Positions 52,566 through 64,000 of a stretch of DNA of 64,000 nucleotides are shown here, one piece after another. The notes under the pieces are model-generated. The model ran no database searches, was not told where the DNA came from, and worked only from the letters and a program-made list of their open reading frames with translations. Source of the DNA: Octopus vulgaris (Eukaryota). The stretch covers positions 69,874,001-69,938,000 of the forward strand of contig OX597819.1 of the NCBI GenBank assembly GCA_951406725.2, given 5' to 3'. The first letter of the stretch is position 1. Every line of letters begins with the position of its first letter. The position numbers and the translations under genes are program-made.

Positions 52566-54364
52566 GTTCTTGAAAAGGCGAGGAGTTCATTTTAGATTTT
52601 ACCTTGTGTTCCAATGGGAGCAACAGTAATGATTTTTGGTCGGTGTCTGCTCGCATAATTTTGGTGAATTTTGTGATTGTTGGATTTATATCAGCTCAGC
52701 TAAGCTGTGGTCACTTGAACTTTTCACTGACGTCATATAGTTCCAAACCAATCAAAACCCAGTCTCAACAAATATAGTGAAAAGACTCCTAACTGTATCC
52801 TGTTAGGAAACCAACCAAGCGGAACGACAGTTTGGCCACGGAAGAAATACGTCATCATTTTTTTGACGAATCGAAATTAGATCTGACCCATGACTGTATC
52901 CTGTTAGGTGGCTAGTCCAGCAGAACGAGACTTCATCAATGTTTTGACCAATCAGAATCGGGTCTGACCCATAGCTGTATCGTGTGGGGAAACCGACCAA
53001 GCAGGGTGACAATAGCTTGACCACTAAGGTAATACGTCATCAGTTTTTTGACGAATCAGGATTAGATCTGCTCGTAGAGAAAGAGATATTTTTATAAATT
53101 TTCCTTCCCTAAGACATATCACTGTCAGCGTGAGTGACTGTTTAAGGATCTGAGAAATTGTAATTCGCCCCACCTCCATTATTATAATTCTCTCACTGTG
53201 GCCGTAGCAACAGTGACCACGGTGGTTGTAGTAGTAGTGCGAGTTGAGGCAGTCGTAGTGGTTGTGGTAGAATTTCGTTTCTCTTTTTCGGAGGACCAAT
53301 GTTTTGTTTTAATATTCCTGGCCCAGGGTGTTCAAACTTGGTCTAAATTCTTTGATGAAATAAAGTTTGATGAAATAAATATTTTGGCGTTGCGTGAAGG
53401 TTACGCTGTCACTGAATTTATAAAGTGGGTAAGTTGTAAATTTCGGATTTACATTTGCTGACCGGTATTTTCCGGTATTCAGGGTTTCTAATTTGTGATT
53501 TATGCACCGCCATCCTGTTACGTAAGCTATTTTTTGTATGGCCTATATACTGCCTATTGCAGCCTGCGCATGTTAAGACGTAAATTAATTTTCTGATGCG
53601 CAGGTGAAGTTTGCTCTAATGGTGAACTGATGGCCTTGTTCTAGTATAAATTCTGAACCTTCTACCAAGATGACACAGATTCCGCAGTTGGGCCTTCCAC
53701 ATTTTCTAACCTCTGGTTTTGTGGTTGATGTTGAGTGCAGTTTAGCTTGGGTTAAAATCCTTTTCAAGGATTTTCGTTGCCGTTTACTTTTAATGATGGT
53801 GTGTGTTTCGAGGATCCGGTTCATCTTTGGGTCTCCCTTTAGCAGGGCTGTGCTTTGTAGTATGGTGCTGAAGGCCTCATTGTTGAGTGGGTTGTGTGTA
53901 GAGATGTAGGGAAGGGTTTTTAATTGTTCTTTCTTTTTTGGTTTTGTTTGTCTCAGGTCTTCTATACTTAATTTGATTGCCCTTTGGATTGCACTGTCTA
54001 TTAGGGGCTATGGATAGTTTCTATTTGTGAGTGTGGTTCTAAGTTCCTGGAGACGTGTGTGTCGGGTGTTTGTGTCTGATATTATGGTGCAAATCCTTCT
54101 AGCTAAACAAAAAGGGACGTGGGTGGCATGAATCAAAGGGTAGGTACTGTTTGGAGTCTGTCGGTTTATAGTAGATATCTGTCTCTATTTTGTTGCTGGT
54201 TTTCTTAATGAGGATGTCTAAAAATGGTAATTCTTCTTCGTTATGATCCATCGTGAATTTTATATTATCATTTATTCCATTTAATAGTATATATAACTAT
54301 TAATATATATATAGAAACAAACATGGAGTTCTGGGGGTAAATAGGAAATATAAGGGAAGTAAAA

Positions 54365-54433
<69 letters not shown>

Positions 54434-54630
54434 TAATACTAAGTAATTAAGGGTTTAGCAACGAATTGCCTCACCAACACACCGAATTTAGAAATAGCAG
54501 TCAAAGAGATATAGCTATTCCTTCTACTAAAAGGGGGATCTCAGTAAAAACACAGCACTTGAAAGGCAAACACAGACAGGTAAGAAAGAAAGAATGAAAT
54601 GACGGCAATCCATCATACAATTTTAAGTTA

Positions 54631-54722
54631 CCTACGGACGTACGTTTCGAAATCAAGTTTTAGGAGAGCATAAGAATTAGAAAATTCTACTTTACCCAAA
54701 CTTCTTTTCTCATCGGCGCAGG
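54631..54722 (-). ncRNA. Type I hammerhead ribozyme with variant core, in a Penelope-type terminal repeat (54430-54775)
   Basis: Minus strand: stem I cctgcg/cgtagg; CCGATGA; long stem II gaaa.aagttt...agaat/attct...aaactt.tttc; GAAAC GTAC GTC with palindromic stem III ACGTACGT. Confidence 0.75.
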
Positions 54723-54772
54723 ATACCACAATTATGAATAATTGTATATTAAATTTTGAGATACTAGAAGGC

Positions 54773-54817
<45 letters not shown>

Positions 54818-56153
54818 GAATTGTCCAGATAACCATATCTCTCTTGTACTCTTTTACTTCCCTTATATTTCCTATTTATCCCCAGAATTCCATGTTTGTT
54901 TCTATTTTCAATATTCTAACTACTTCTGCACAACTATTTCTGAAAATTTCAGAAGCTGATTCAGCGTTTAGGTTAACATTAATTATTTTTCACTATTTTT
55001 ATCCTTTGACCTTATCCAGACTTACCGAAAAGCTGCAAGTTAAAGACTGATCTCTGAGATCGGTCGTTTTAAACCGTCTTATGAGAGATACACTTCTCTA
55101 AACAAAAAAAGACCCTATCGGCGGACTTGCTATGAGATATAAGACCATACACATTTCTATTATGACGTATATCGGAAGTTAACTATAGCCGTCAATTTCT
55201 TGCATTTTAAAGAGTTGTGTCGCAGATGCATTTAATCCATGCTTTACATTAAATTAAGTTGAAAAGAGAGTTCTGTCGCATATCATGGTCGCAAACAAAC
55301 CAGTATCCCTTTGGTCTTAATGCATTTAATCACGATAATATTTACGCTCATTATTGATAACATAATCTCATCTATTCGAGAAATTGTTGATCCTTCGAGT
55401 ATAAAATTCTTAAGGCTTCGAATCCAGGAAACACTCAGAATCATTTTTAACATCTTCACAATTAGCAATCTGCCGCTTCCGTTGCTGTTACATGAATTTA
55501 ACCACTACGGTATAAGGTAATCTGCTAACAAAGAATACAACATTAGAATCTAAAAGATTCAAGCTATATTCACTGAAAAAAAAAGGAACTCAAAATGATC
55601 ATATCAAAACCACGACAGGACTTACTTTCTAACGTAATATAAATATTTAACCTGAACATATGATGGAAAATAACTCGCTAAAATTATAATCTACCCTGTG
55701 GATTATATCTGCGTGTGTGCACGTGTCTAAATGTCTGTATATGCGTGTGTTCTAAGAGCTTTTTTATACTTATCACATTATAATGAATATACATCTTTAT
55801 TTGAGTTACATCTTTTGTATTTTGTAATTATTTAAATGAATTTATTATGTTTGCTTTGGAACAGGAAAGTCTCTTCTGTTTACTTTGGAAAAGAAACGTC
55901 CCGTGACGTTCTCGGTGTCATTGCCAGAAAGATGTTATGCTGATGCTGATAATAAATATGGTTGTCTTATCGTTGTAGGCAGTAAATGATATTACAAGTT
56001 GTGATTAAATGTTTTCTCCCCGAATTTCATTTCACTTGTACTGAATCTGTGTGTTGATTTTCGCTATTAATAAAGCTTCCATTGTAAAAACTTGGGAACG
56101 TGTGCGTGTGTATGTATTTGTGTGTGAGAGAGAGTGTGTGTGTGTGAGAGAGA

Positions 56154-56186
<33 letters not shown>

Positions 56187-56918
56187 TGTGTGAGAGAGAG
56201 AGAGTATGTGTGAGAGAGAGAGTGTGTGAGAGAGAGTGTGTGTGTATTTATTTGTGTGTGTGTATGTGTATGAGAGAGAGGGATTATGTGTGTGAGAGAG
56301 GGAGTGTGTGTGAGAGAGGAGAGGGAGCGTGTGTGTGAGAGAGTGTATGTGTATGTGAGATAGAGAGTGTGTGAGAGAGAGTGTGTATGTGAGAGAGAGA
56401 GCGAGTGTGTGTGAGAGAGAGCGTGTGTGTGTGTGAAAGAGAGTGAGTGTGTGTGTGTGTGTGTGTGTGTAATTCTATATACGATGAAAGTATTACTGAC
56501 TAAGGTTTTATTATTTTTCTCTCTGATTACATCTCCTGTGTTGTTTGTTGCTATAAAGCCCGTACGACCGAATAACCGAAGAGAAACTTGTGTTTTTAAC
56601 ACGTCATATCCATGAAAAGATTTACCCCTCAGGCAAAATTCTCAGCATCATGACTTTAAACGATATATATTCATTTAGTTTGACACATAGACGGCAATTT
56701 TACTTAATGCTGTTTCATTTGTGCTCACCTAGTTTTTTTACTGCCCAGCAAGCTTTCAGTGATACTAGTAAAAATATTTTTCAGTGTCCTATATATCGAT
56801 GCAAGAATTTCATCTTAGCAAAAAACAACCGGGTGTGCATTGATACACCCCCAAGTTGGACGAAATGCATCTGTCGTTCTCCTGAGTGACTGCTAGAACG
56901 GTGTCACCTCTTTCCAAC

Positions 56919-56965
<47 letters not shown>

Positions 56966-57024
56966 GTGTTTTTTGCTTGTTTGTTTTTAGTTTTATTTTA
57001 TTTTATTTTATCTTATTTTATTTT

Positions 57025-57240
57025 AGGCGGCATGCTGGCAGAATCGTTACTGCGCCGGGCAAAATGCTTAGCGACATTTCATTTGCTTTTTACGTTCTGC
57101 TTTCAAATTCCGCCACGGTCGTCTTTGCCTTTTACCCTTTCGGGTTGATAAAATAAGTACGAGCTGAACGCTGGGGTCGATATAATAAACTTATTCTCTG
57201 CTCCGAAACTGCTAGCATTACACCAAAATTTGAAACCAAT
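57025..57240 (+). mobile_element. SINE family B
   Basis: ggcggcatgctggcagaatcgtta...ttcaaattccgcc...gataaaataagtacgag...ctggggtcgat. Confidence 0.85.
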
Positions 57241-58091
57241 ATTTATGGTATTTTTAAAACAAGATACCTATGAAGATTTTCTCTCAGACAAACTCGACAG
57301 CATCATATCTTTTAGTGGTATATATACATTTAGTACGATAAACAAATTGCATGTTCAATTTAATGCTGTTTCAATATCATATCTGATATTTCTTCGTGTA
57401 TTTGGTATTCTTGAAGCTGCTTTGAAGGTCGTATATTTTGTTAGAGTTGGTATTGTGGCTCTTCATATTGGAATCGTTTCTACATTTCGTTGATGCTGTC
57501 AATGTTCCTTCATGTATATTTTCATAAATTTCTTTTTTTTCTTCGGGGTCTTTCTTCGGGTATTTGGAAAATATTTCGTCAAAGCAATATCATCTTCTTG
57601 TTTGTTTGTTTTTTATTGTTACGTCTTCAAGATGTTATTATGTCTTCGCTATTGTCTGGATTACGCTGCTGTATACATAACAAACGTGGATTTACGTAGA
57701 CAGAGAAATGTAAATATTTAAATGTATATATGTGTGCTCGTACATATCTCTGTGTATGAATATGTCAATATATATATATAAATATAGATTTATATATATG
57801 CATATGTGTGTGTGTTTATGTATATACACATAGAGAGAATTCATGTGTCCATGCGCGCGTGTGTATATTAACACATATGTAAATATATTTATATATGTAT
57901 GTATCTTTAAATCTTTGAATTCTTTCAGTTTCAAAGCTGTGGTCATGGTGGGATGCTGTATGTATATATATAAATATATATATATATGTATGTATGTATA
58001 TGTACACACATATACAAACACATATGCGCACAACACAAATATATATATATACCTACATACATATATATATGTGTGTGTGTGTATATATGAA

Positions 58092-59688
58092 TAGTGGGGG
58101 GGAAATAAATATTCGTATATGTCAAAATTCTTTATTTATTTAATTTCTAAAGAACATAAATGAGATATACCAATATTATAGTTGCATACACATGAATAAA
58201 CTAAGAATATGCAAAAGAAACTAATAAATTATAGTAACTAATAAATTTATATACAATTATAAATATTTAGGGGAAAAAAGTATTCGTACAGAATAAATTT
58301 ATGATTTTCTATGCCACAAAATACTGTTAAAATATTTTCTTTTACTAGAACTTTCTCGTTTGTTCCAATGATCTTATCAGTTGTCATTTTTATGTGTCAA
58401 AGCACTAGCTTCTTCATTCAGCATTAAGACAACAAAAAGTAGTATCGTAATAATGGCGAAAAGTAAAGAACTCACAAATTCAGTGAAATTTTAATTATTG
58501 AACTGTGGAAAGCAGGTAAAAGTTACAGGAAAATATCAGAGACCCTTTGTATTCCATTTTCTACCATATCTTCATTTATTCAAATATATTTTTAAAAACT
58601 CGGAAACTGTTGAAAACAGAATAAGATCCGGTGCACCACGCAAGATTTACCCTAGATCTTTAAGAAAAATGAAGCGAAGAATCGGAAAAAACGCAATGAT
58701 CACCAGAAAGGAGTTGCAAGAAGATTTGTTAGCTTCAGGGACTAGTGTTTCACTACGAACAATCAGCAATGAACTTCATAGTAATGAACTGAAATCACGC
58801 TCTCCTAGAAAAACTCCGCTGTTGACTAAAAGGCATAGAGATGCCGGTTTAAAATTTGTTTATGAACATAAAGATAAATCTGATACATTCTGGGAAAATG
58901 TTCTATGGACAGACGAGTCGAAAATTGAATTGTTTGGAGCCATGTTCGAAGGAAAGATGGTACCGCCTATTTGCCGAAAAACACAATTCCTACCGTAAAG
59001 TTTGGAGGTGGCAACATCATAGTATGGGCGGGTTTCTCTGCAAATGGTACTGGCAATTTTTATGTGATAGATGGTAGGATGAATCCAGAGATGTACCAAA
59101 ATATTTTGAACAATGATTTATGGGACTCTGTAGAAAAGCTCCAGCTTTGTGAAGAGTGGGTTTTACAACAGGATAACGATCCTAAGCACACGGCGAAGTC
59201 TACCAAAAAATGGATCATCGATCACAATATAAAATTATTAGAATGGCCAAACCAGTCACCTGACTTGAACCCCATTGAAAATTTGTGGCATTATTTGAAA
59301 ATTAAAATTCATTCAAGGGCCCCAACGTGCATTACAGATTTGAAGAAAATATGTCAAGAAGAAGGGGAAAAAATTCCTAAAAAAACATGCGAGTCATTGA
59401 TTAAGAACTATGAGAAGAGATTGGTTGAATTGGAACTGAATAATGGTTATGCTACGAAGTATTAAATCAGAATTATCAGTTATTTATGTTCTGTACGAAT
59501 ACCTTTTTCACCCCTAAATATTTATAATTGAATATGAATTCCTTAGTTACAATAATTTATTAGTTTCTTTTGCATATTCTTAGTTTATGCATGTGTATGC
59601 AAATATAGTATTGGTATATCCCATTTATGTTCATTAAAAATTAAATAAATAAAGAATTTTTACATGTACGAATATATATTTCCCCCCA

Positions 59689-59691
<3 letters not shown>
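58092..59691 (+). mobile_element. Full-length Tc1 (DD34E) transposon with long IR/DR-type TIRs; transposase frameshifted
   Basis: TIRs of about 200 bp with outer and inner direct repeats (gggaaa..a.tattcgta); ATG 58453, stop 59465; RSGAPRK, WTDESK, TVKFGGGNIIVW, QQDNDPKH, SPDLNPIENLW (34 residues between D and E). Confidence 0.95.
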
Positions 59692-59755
<64 letters not shown>

Positions 59756-59768
59756 ATTTGGGTGATAG

Positions 59769-59801
<33 letters not shown>

Positions 59802-59803
<2 letters not shown>

Positions 59804-60080
59804 GGCGCGTGACCCAGTGCTTTTGGGGTAGAGTGTTGCATTCAGGATCGCAATATCGCGGTTTCGATTCTCAGACCGGCGGTGCTTTATGTTTTTTTTA
59901 AGCAAATCACCTTGTCCAGGTGTGAATGGGAAAACCTGCGACGGACTGGTGCCTCGGAGGGTGGGGATGATGTTGGCTCGCCCACCTGACCAGCGTGGTG
60001 GTATCATTGAAAAGCTACAACAATGCGAGGAAGCGCATTGTGACCATCCGATACTTTAGTCGATACAGTGGTACGATGTT
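59802..60080 (+). mobile_element. Degenerate SINE family C, tail type 2
   Basis: ggatcgcaatatcgcggtttcgattctcagaccgg head; acaatgcgaggaagcgcattgtgacc tail. Confidence 0.7.
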
Positions 60081-60397
60081 ATATGTAATGTAATATATGG
60101 TAGGGCTACCAAATATGTTGTGGGGAAATAATAATAAAAAAGGTCTCGGTACAAGTCGAGGGTAGAGTTGGGCGAGGAACTGCTCCAGAATCAATGCAAT
60201 AAAGTAACAAGTTGTTCTTTACATTTGCAGTTCAAATCACGTCGAGGTCGATTTTACCTTTTACTCTTTTGAAGTGAAAAAGGATATCACCTGTTAATTG
60301 ATAAGATCGATAGTGTCGACGAATGACAAACCTCCCAAATACTGCTAGTCGTGAGTCTAAATAAGAAACCATTACAAATAACAAAAACGCTTGAAAT

Positions 60398-60775
60398 TCT
60401 TTTTCTACTCTAGGCACAAGGCCCGAAATTTTGGAGTAGGCAGGCCATTCGATTAGATCGACCCCAGTATGCAACTGGTACTTAATTATCGACCCCGAAA
60501 CGATGAAAGACAAAGTCGACCTCGGCAGAATTTGAACTCAGAACACGGAGACAGACGAAATACCTATTTCTTTACTACCCAGAAGGGGCTAAACACAGAG
60601 AGGACAAACATTGACAGACAAACGGATTAAGTCGATTATATCGACCCCAATGCGTAACTGGTACTTATTTAATCGACCCCGAAAGGATGAAAGGCAAAGT
60701 CGACCTCGGCGGAATTTGAACTCAGAACGTAACGGCAGACGAAATGCCACATAGCCTTTCGCCTGGCGTGCCAAT
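60398..60775 (-). mobile_element. Dimeric SINE family B, tail-to-tail with a degenerate plus-strand copy at 60225-60372
   Basis: Two cores separated by the aaggggctaaacacagagaggacaaac spacer. Confidence 0.85.
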
Positions 60776-61031
60776 GATATTATATTAGCAGAGATGTTAC
60801 AATGATTAACTGTGTTTCGTTTCGCCTAATCCGTGTTTTTTTTTAGTTATTGCAGACGAGATGTTTTCAAGTAGTAAACTTCGTGATGTATATAAAAACT
60901 GCCATGATATTGACGAAACGAAGAAGGAAATGCTTTCAGGAAGGAGATGTCTGCATATAAGAAATGTAAATGTATTTCAAAAACGTGTTTATTCGCAACG
61001 TTTATATTTGCGTGATAAGCATGTGTGTGTA

Positions 61032-61123
<92 letters not shown>

Positions 61124-61600
61124 GGCGAATATGGAGGAGGTGAGAGGAAGAGTGAAAATTTCTGTCTGAGCATTGTGTATATATATATATATATATATAC
61201 ATATGTGTGTATATATACATACATACATACATACATACATACAAACATACATACAAACATACACACGTAAGCATGAATGAAAATGTGTGTGAATTAACGT
61301 AGGTGTACACGAGGACATATAAAAATACACACGCGTGTGTATCTGTCACCGTGTCTGTATGCGTGTGTGTGTGTGTGTGTGTATGTGTGTATGTGTTTGT
61401 GTGCGTGTGTATGTGTAAATATATATATATATGTGTGTGTATATGTATATACACATTATATAAACAGATATTTGCTCACACACACATATATATATATATA
61501 CATACATATATACATATATATGTGTATGTATATATATATATATATACACATTATATATATGTATATATATAAATATATATGTTTATGTGTGTATAGGTAT

Positions 61601-61652
<52 letters not shown>

Positions 61653-61747
61653 CATACATATATATAATTTAGTATTTACTTTCTTATGCACGCGATACAT
61701 AATGTTTATATCATACGTTTCCCATGGCTGTAATCTCCATTTCTCTT

Positions 61748-61820
<73 letters not shown>

Positions 61821-62111
61821 GTGTGTGCATGCGCTGCAAATATATTTGTGTATACATGTGCACCTGTATGCATTTGTATATAATGAGAATATGGATAAGC
61901 ATTACTCACTGATATAGAAAATACATTTTTTCGTCAAAGCGATTATCGGGGGAACTCAATAAAAATGAAAATTTTCTGATTTGTAGTTTTAGTGTATTTA
62001 TAATGACACAGCGATGTGGCTAATACGAAGAGACATCTTGAAAAATAAAAGCCACCAACATATTGAAATATATTGTGTATAGAAGATAGGTATGTAGGTA
62101 GGTAATATAGT

Positions 62112-62199
<88 letters not shown>

Positions 62200-62274
62200 A
62201 TGAGATATACATATGCTTGTACATACATATGTATGCGTATGTATAAATATAGACATATGCATGTGTGTGTATGC

Positions 62275-62336
<62 letters not shown>

Positions 62337-62371
62337 GCAGGCAGGCAGATAGACAAACAGACAGACAGACT

Positions 62372-62487
<116 letters not shown>

Positions 62488-62748
62488 TACGACGGGCTTC
62501 TCTCAGTTTCCGTCTACCAGATCCACTCACACCGCTTTGCACCGAGGCTATAGTAGAAGGCATTTGAGTGAGTCTCTCCTACTGTCGCCTCGACCCAATC
62601 TAAGCCTTCGGAGTGGATTTGGTAGGTGGAAACTGAATGAAGCCCGTCGTATAGAAGACATTTGCCCAAGGTGCCACGTAGTGTGACTGAACCCGGAACC
62701 GTATGGTTGGGAAGCAAGCTTCTTACCACACAGCTACTCCTGCGCCTA
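62488..62748 (-). mobile_element. SINE family A 5' module with a nested inverted copy
   Basis: tRNA-like head ggcgcaggagtagctgtgtggtaagaagcttgcttcccaacc...ccgggttcagtc; plus-strand insert at 62567-62651. Confidence 0.85.
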
Positions 62749-62749
62749 T

Positions 62750-63134
62750 GTGTAACTTCCACATCTAAAGTTTGATACAAGACCTTCCAGGATTTTCTAG
62801 ATGTAAATCACTGCATGTCTTTCCTGCCTTCATCTTGGGAGTAGAGTCTTAACTTTTTCAGTTTCTCTCAGTAGCTGACATGACGCATTAGGAAGATCTT
62901 CTTTGTGGTAGCTTCGCTGGGTTGCTTGGAGTTCTGCCGCTAATTTAGTCACTGTGGTGACCATAGTCGGGAACAGTAGTCTAAACGGCTAAGGACGAAT
63001 GTCCTCCAGAGAACCATCATGGTTTCCTGTTCTCTCTTTCTGAAAGTACTTTGGATCCATTCGGCTAGTCTCCTTCATCTTATTGCCAACTCAGTAATAT
63101 GCACCTGGAAAGATACATCATTGCTTATGCCAGA

Positions 63135-63135
<1 letters not shown>
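62750..63135 (-). mobile_element. Internal CR1-group LINE fragment
   Basis: VSFQVHI...WIQSTFRKREQETMMVLWRTFVLSRLDYCSRLWSP...KLKKLRLYS...KILEGLVSNF. Confidence 0.8.
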
Positions 63136-63172
<37 letters not shown>

Positions 63173-63174
63173 CT

Positions 63175-63368
63175 TCCCTCACCACCACCACCACCACCAC
63201 CATGCTTGACAACCGATGTTGGTTTGTGTATGTCAAAAAGGCCGATAAAATAAACACCAGGCTTTAAAAGAAGGTCCTGCAGTAGGTTCGTTCAACTAAA
63301 AATCTCCAGAGCCGTGCACCAGTATGGCCGAAGTCCAATGACTGAAACAAGTAAAAGATAAAAATAAA
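63175..63368 (+). mobile_element. SINE family A, 3' module
   Basis: gcttgacaaccgatgttggt...ccagtatggccgaagtccaatgactgaaacaagtaaaaga. Confidence 0.8.
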
Positions 63369-63716
63369 TATGTGTGTATGTGTGTGTATGTGTGTGTGCG
63401 TGCGTTTGCATGAATGTATAATCACACATTGCATGCGTATATAGATACCTTCTAATACGTACATTTGTATATGTGTGAGTATGCGCGAGCACCTGTACGT
63501 TATCGAGCAACTCAATATTTATGTACCAGGGTGTATATCTACGTGTAAACAAACATGTTATGTTTCAATTCCCATATATTTCTTCCATTCATTCTCTGTG
63601 ACACTTCCTTCCTTTCTCTAATCTTCGGTTCCTACTTTTCTAATCTTTTATTAATGTTTTTACAATAAAGAAATCCGTATAGCAATTTCGAAATCTTTTC
63701 AGAATTCTCGCTCTCA

Positions 63717-63898
<182 letters not shown>

Positions 63899-63959
63899 CT
63901 CACCGTTTCTCCTTTTCTCTCCTCCCCGCTTTTCTGTCTGAAAATTTTCGTTTGTGTAC

Positions 63960-64000
<41 letters not shown>

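Larger units (their letters stand above)
52225..54290 (-). mobile_element. Penelope-like element: RT C-terminus plus GIY-YIG endonuclease and repeat-rich 3' region
   Basis: IKFTMDHNEEELPFLDILI, TDIYYKPTDSKQYLPFDSCHP, KCGRPNCGIC, FTCASEN, YVLTCAGCNRQYIGHTKNSLRNRMAVHKSQI in about 53290-54290. Confidence 0.9.

Noticed and set aside
55283-55520. Short ORF ending near an AG-GTAATC donor-like site as a possible host exon
   Set aside because: No recognisable protein motif and no clear acceptor; cannot be supported without transcript data

Overview
AT-rich, extremely microsatellite-dense eukaryotic DNA. The tRNA-derived SINE families and the (TA)n/(CA)n/(GATA)n/(TAA)n load look like a coleoid cephalopod, probably Octopus; this is inferred from repeat content and not verified. 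I found no convincing host gene exon, and nearly all of the supplied ORFs are microsatellite read-throughs. The window is a graveyard of mobile elements: three SINE families, CR1-group, RTE and R4/Dong LINE fragments, a Penelope-like element (RT plus GIY-YIG), five Tc1/mariner relics, hAT/pogo/piggyBac-type MITEs and Helitron-like elements. The most interesting signal is RNA-level. Several type I hammerhead ribozyme motifs with palindromic (dimer-type) stem III sit in Penelope/retrozyme-like modules. The best is in an apparently young 360-bp unit with exact direct and fold-back repeats at 32752-33290. Several unrelated motifs share the same non-canonical CCGAUGA core. Two SINE-LINE 3' tail partnerships, one with compensatory stem changes, and repeated R4/Dong insertion into the (ATT)n tails of one SINE family are also directly visible.
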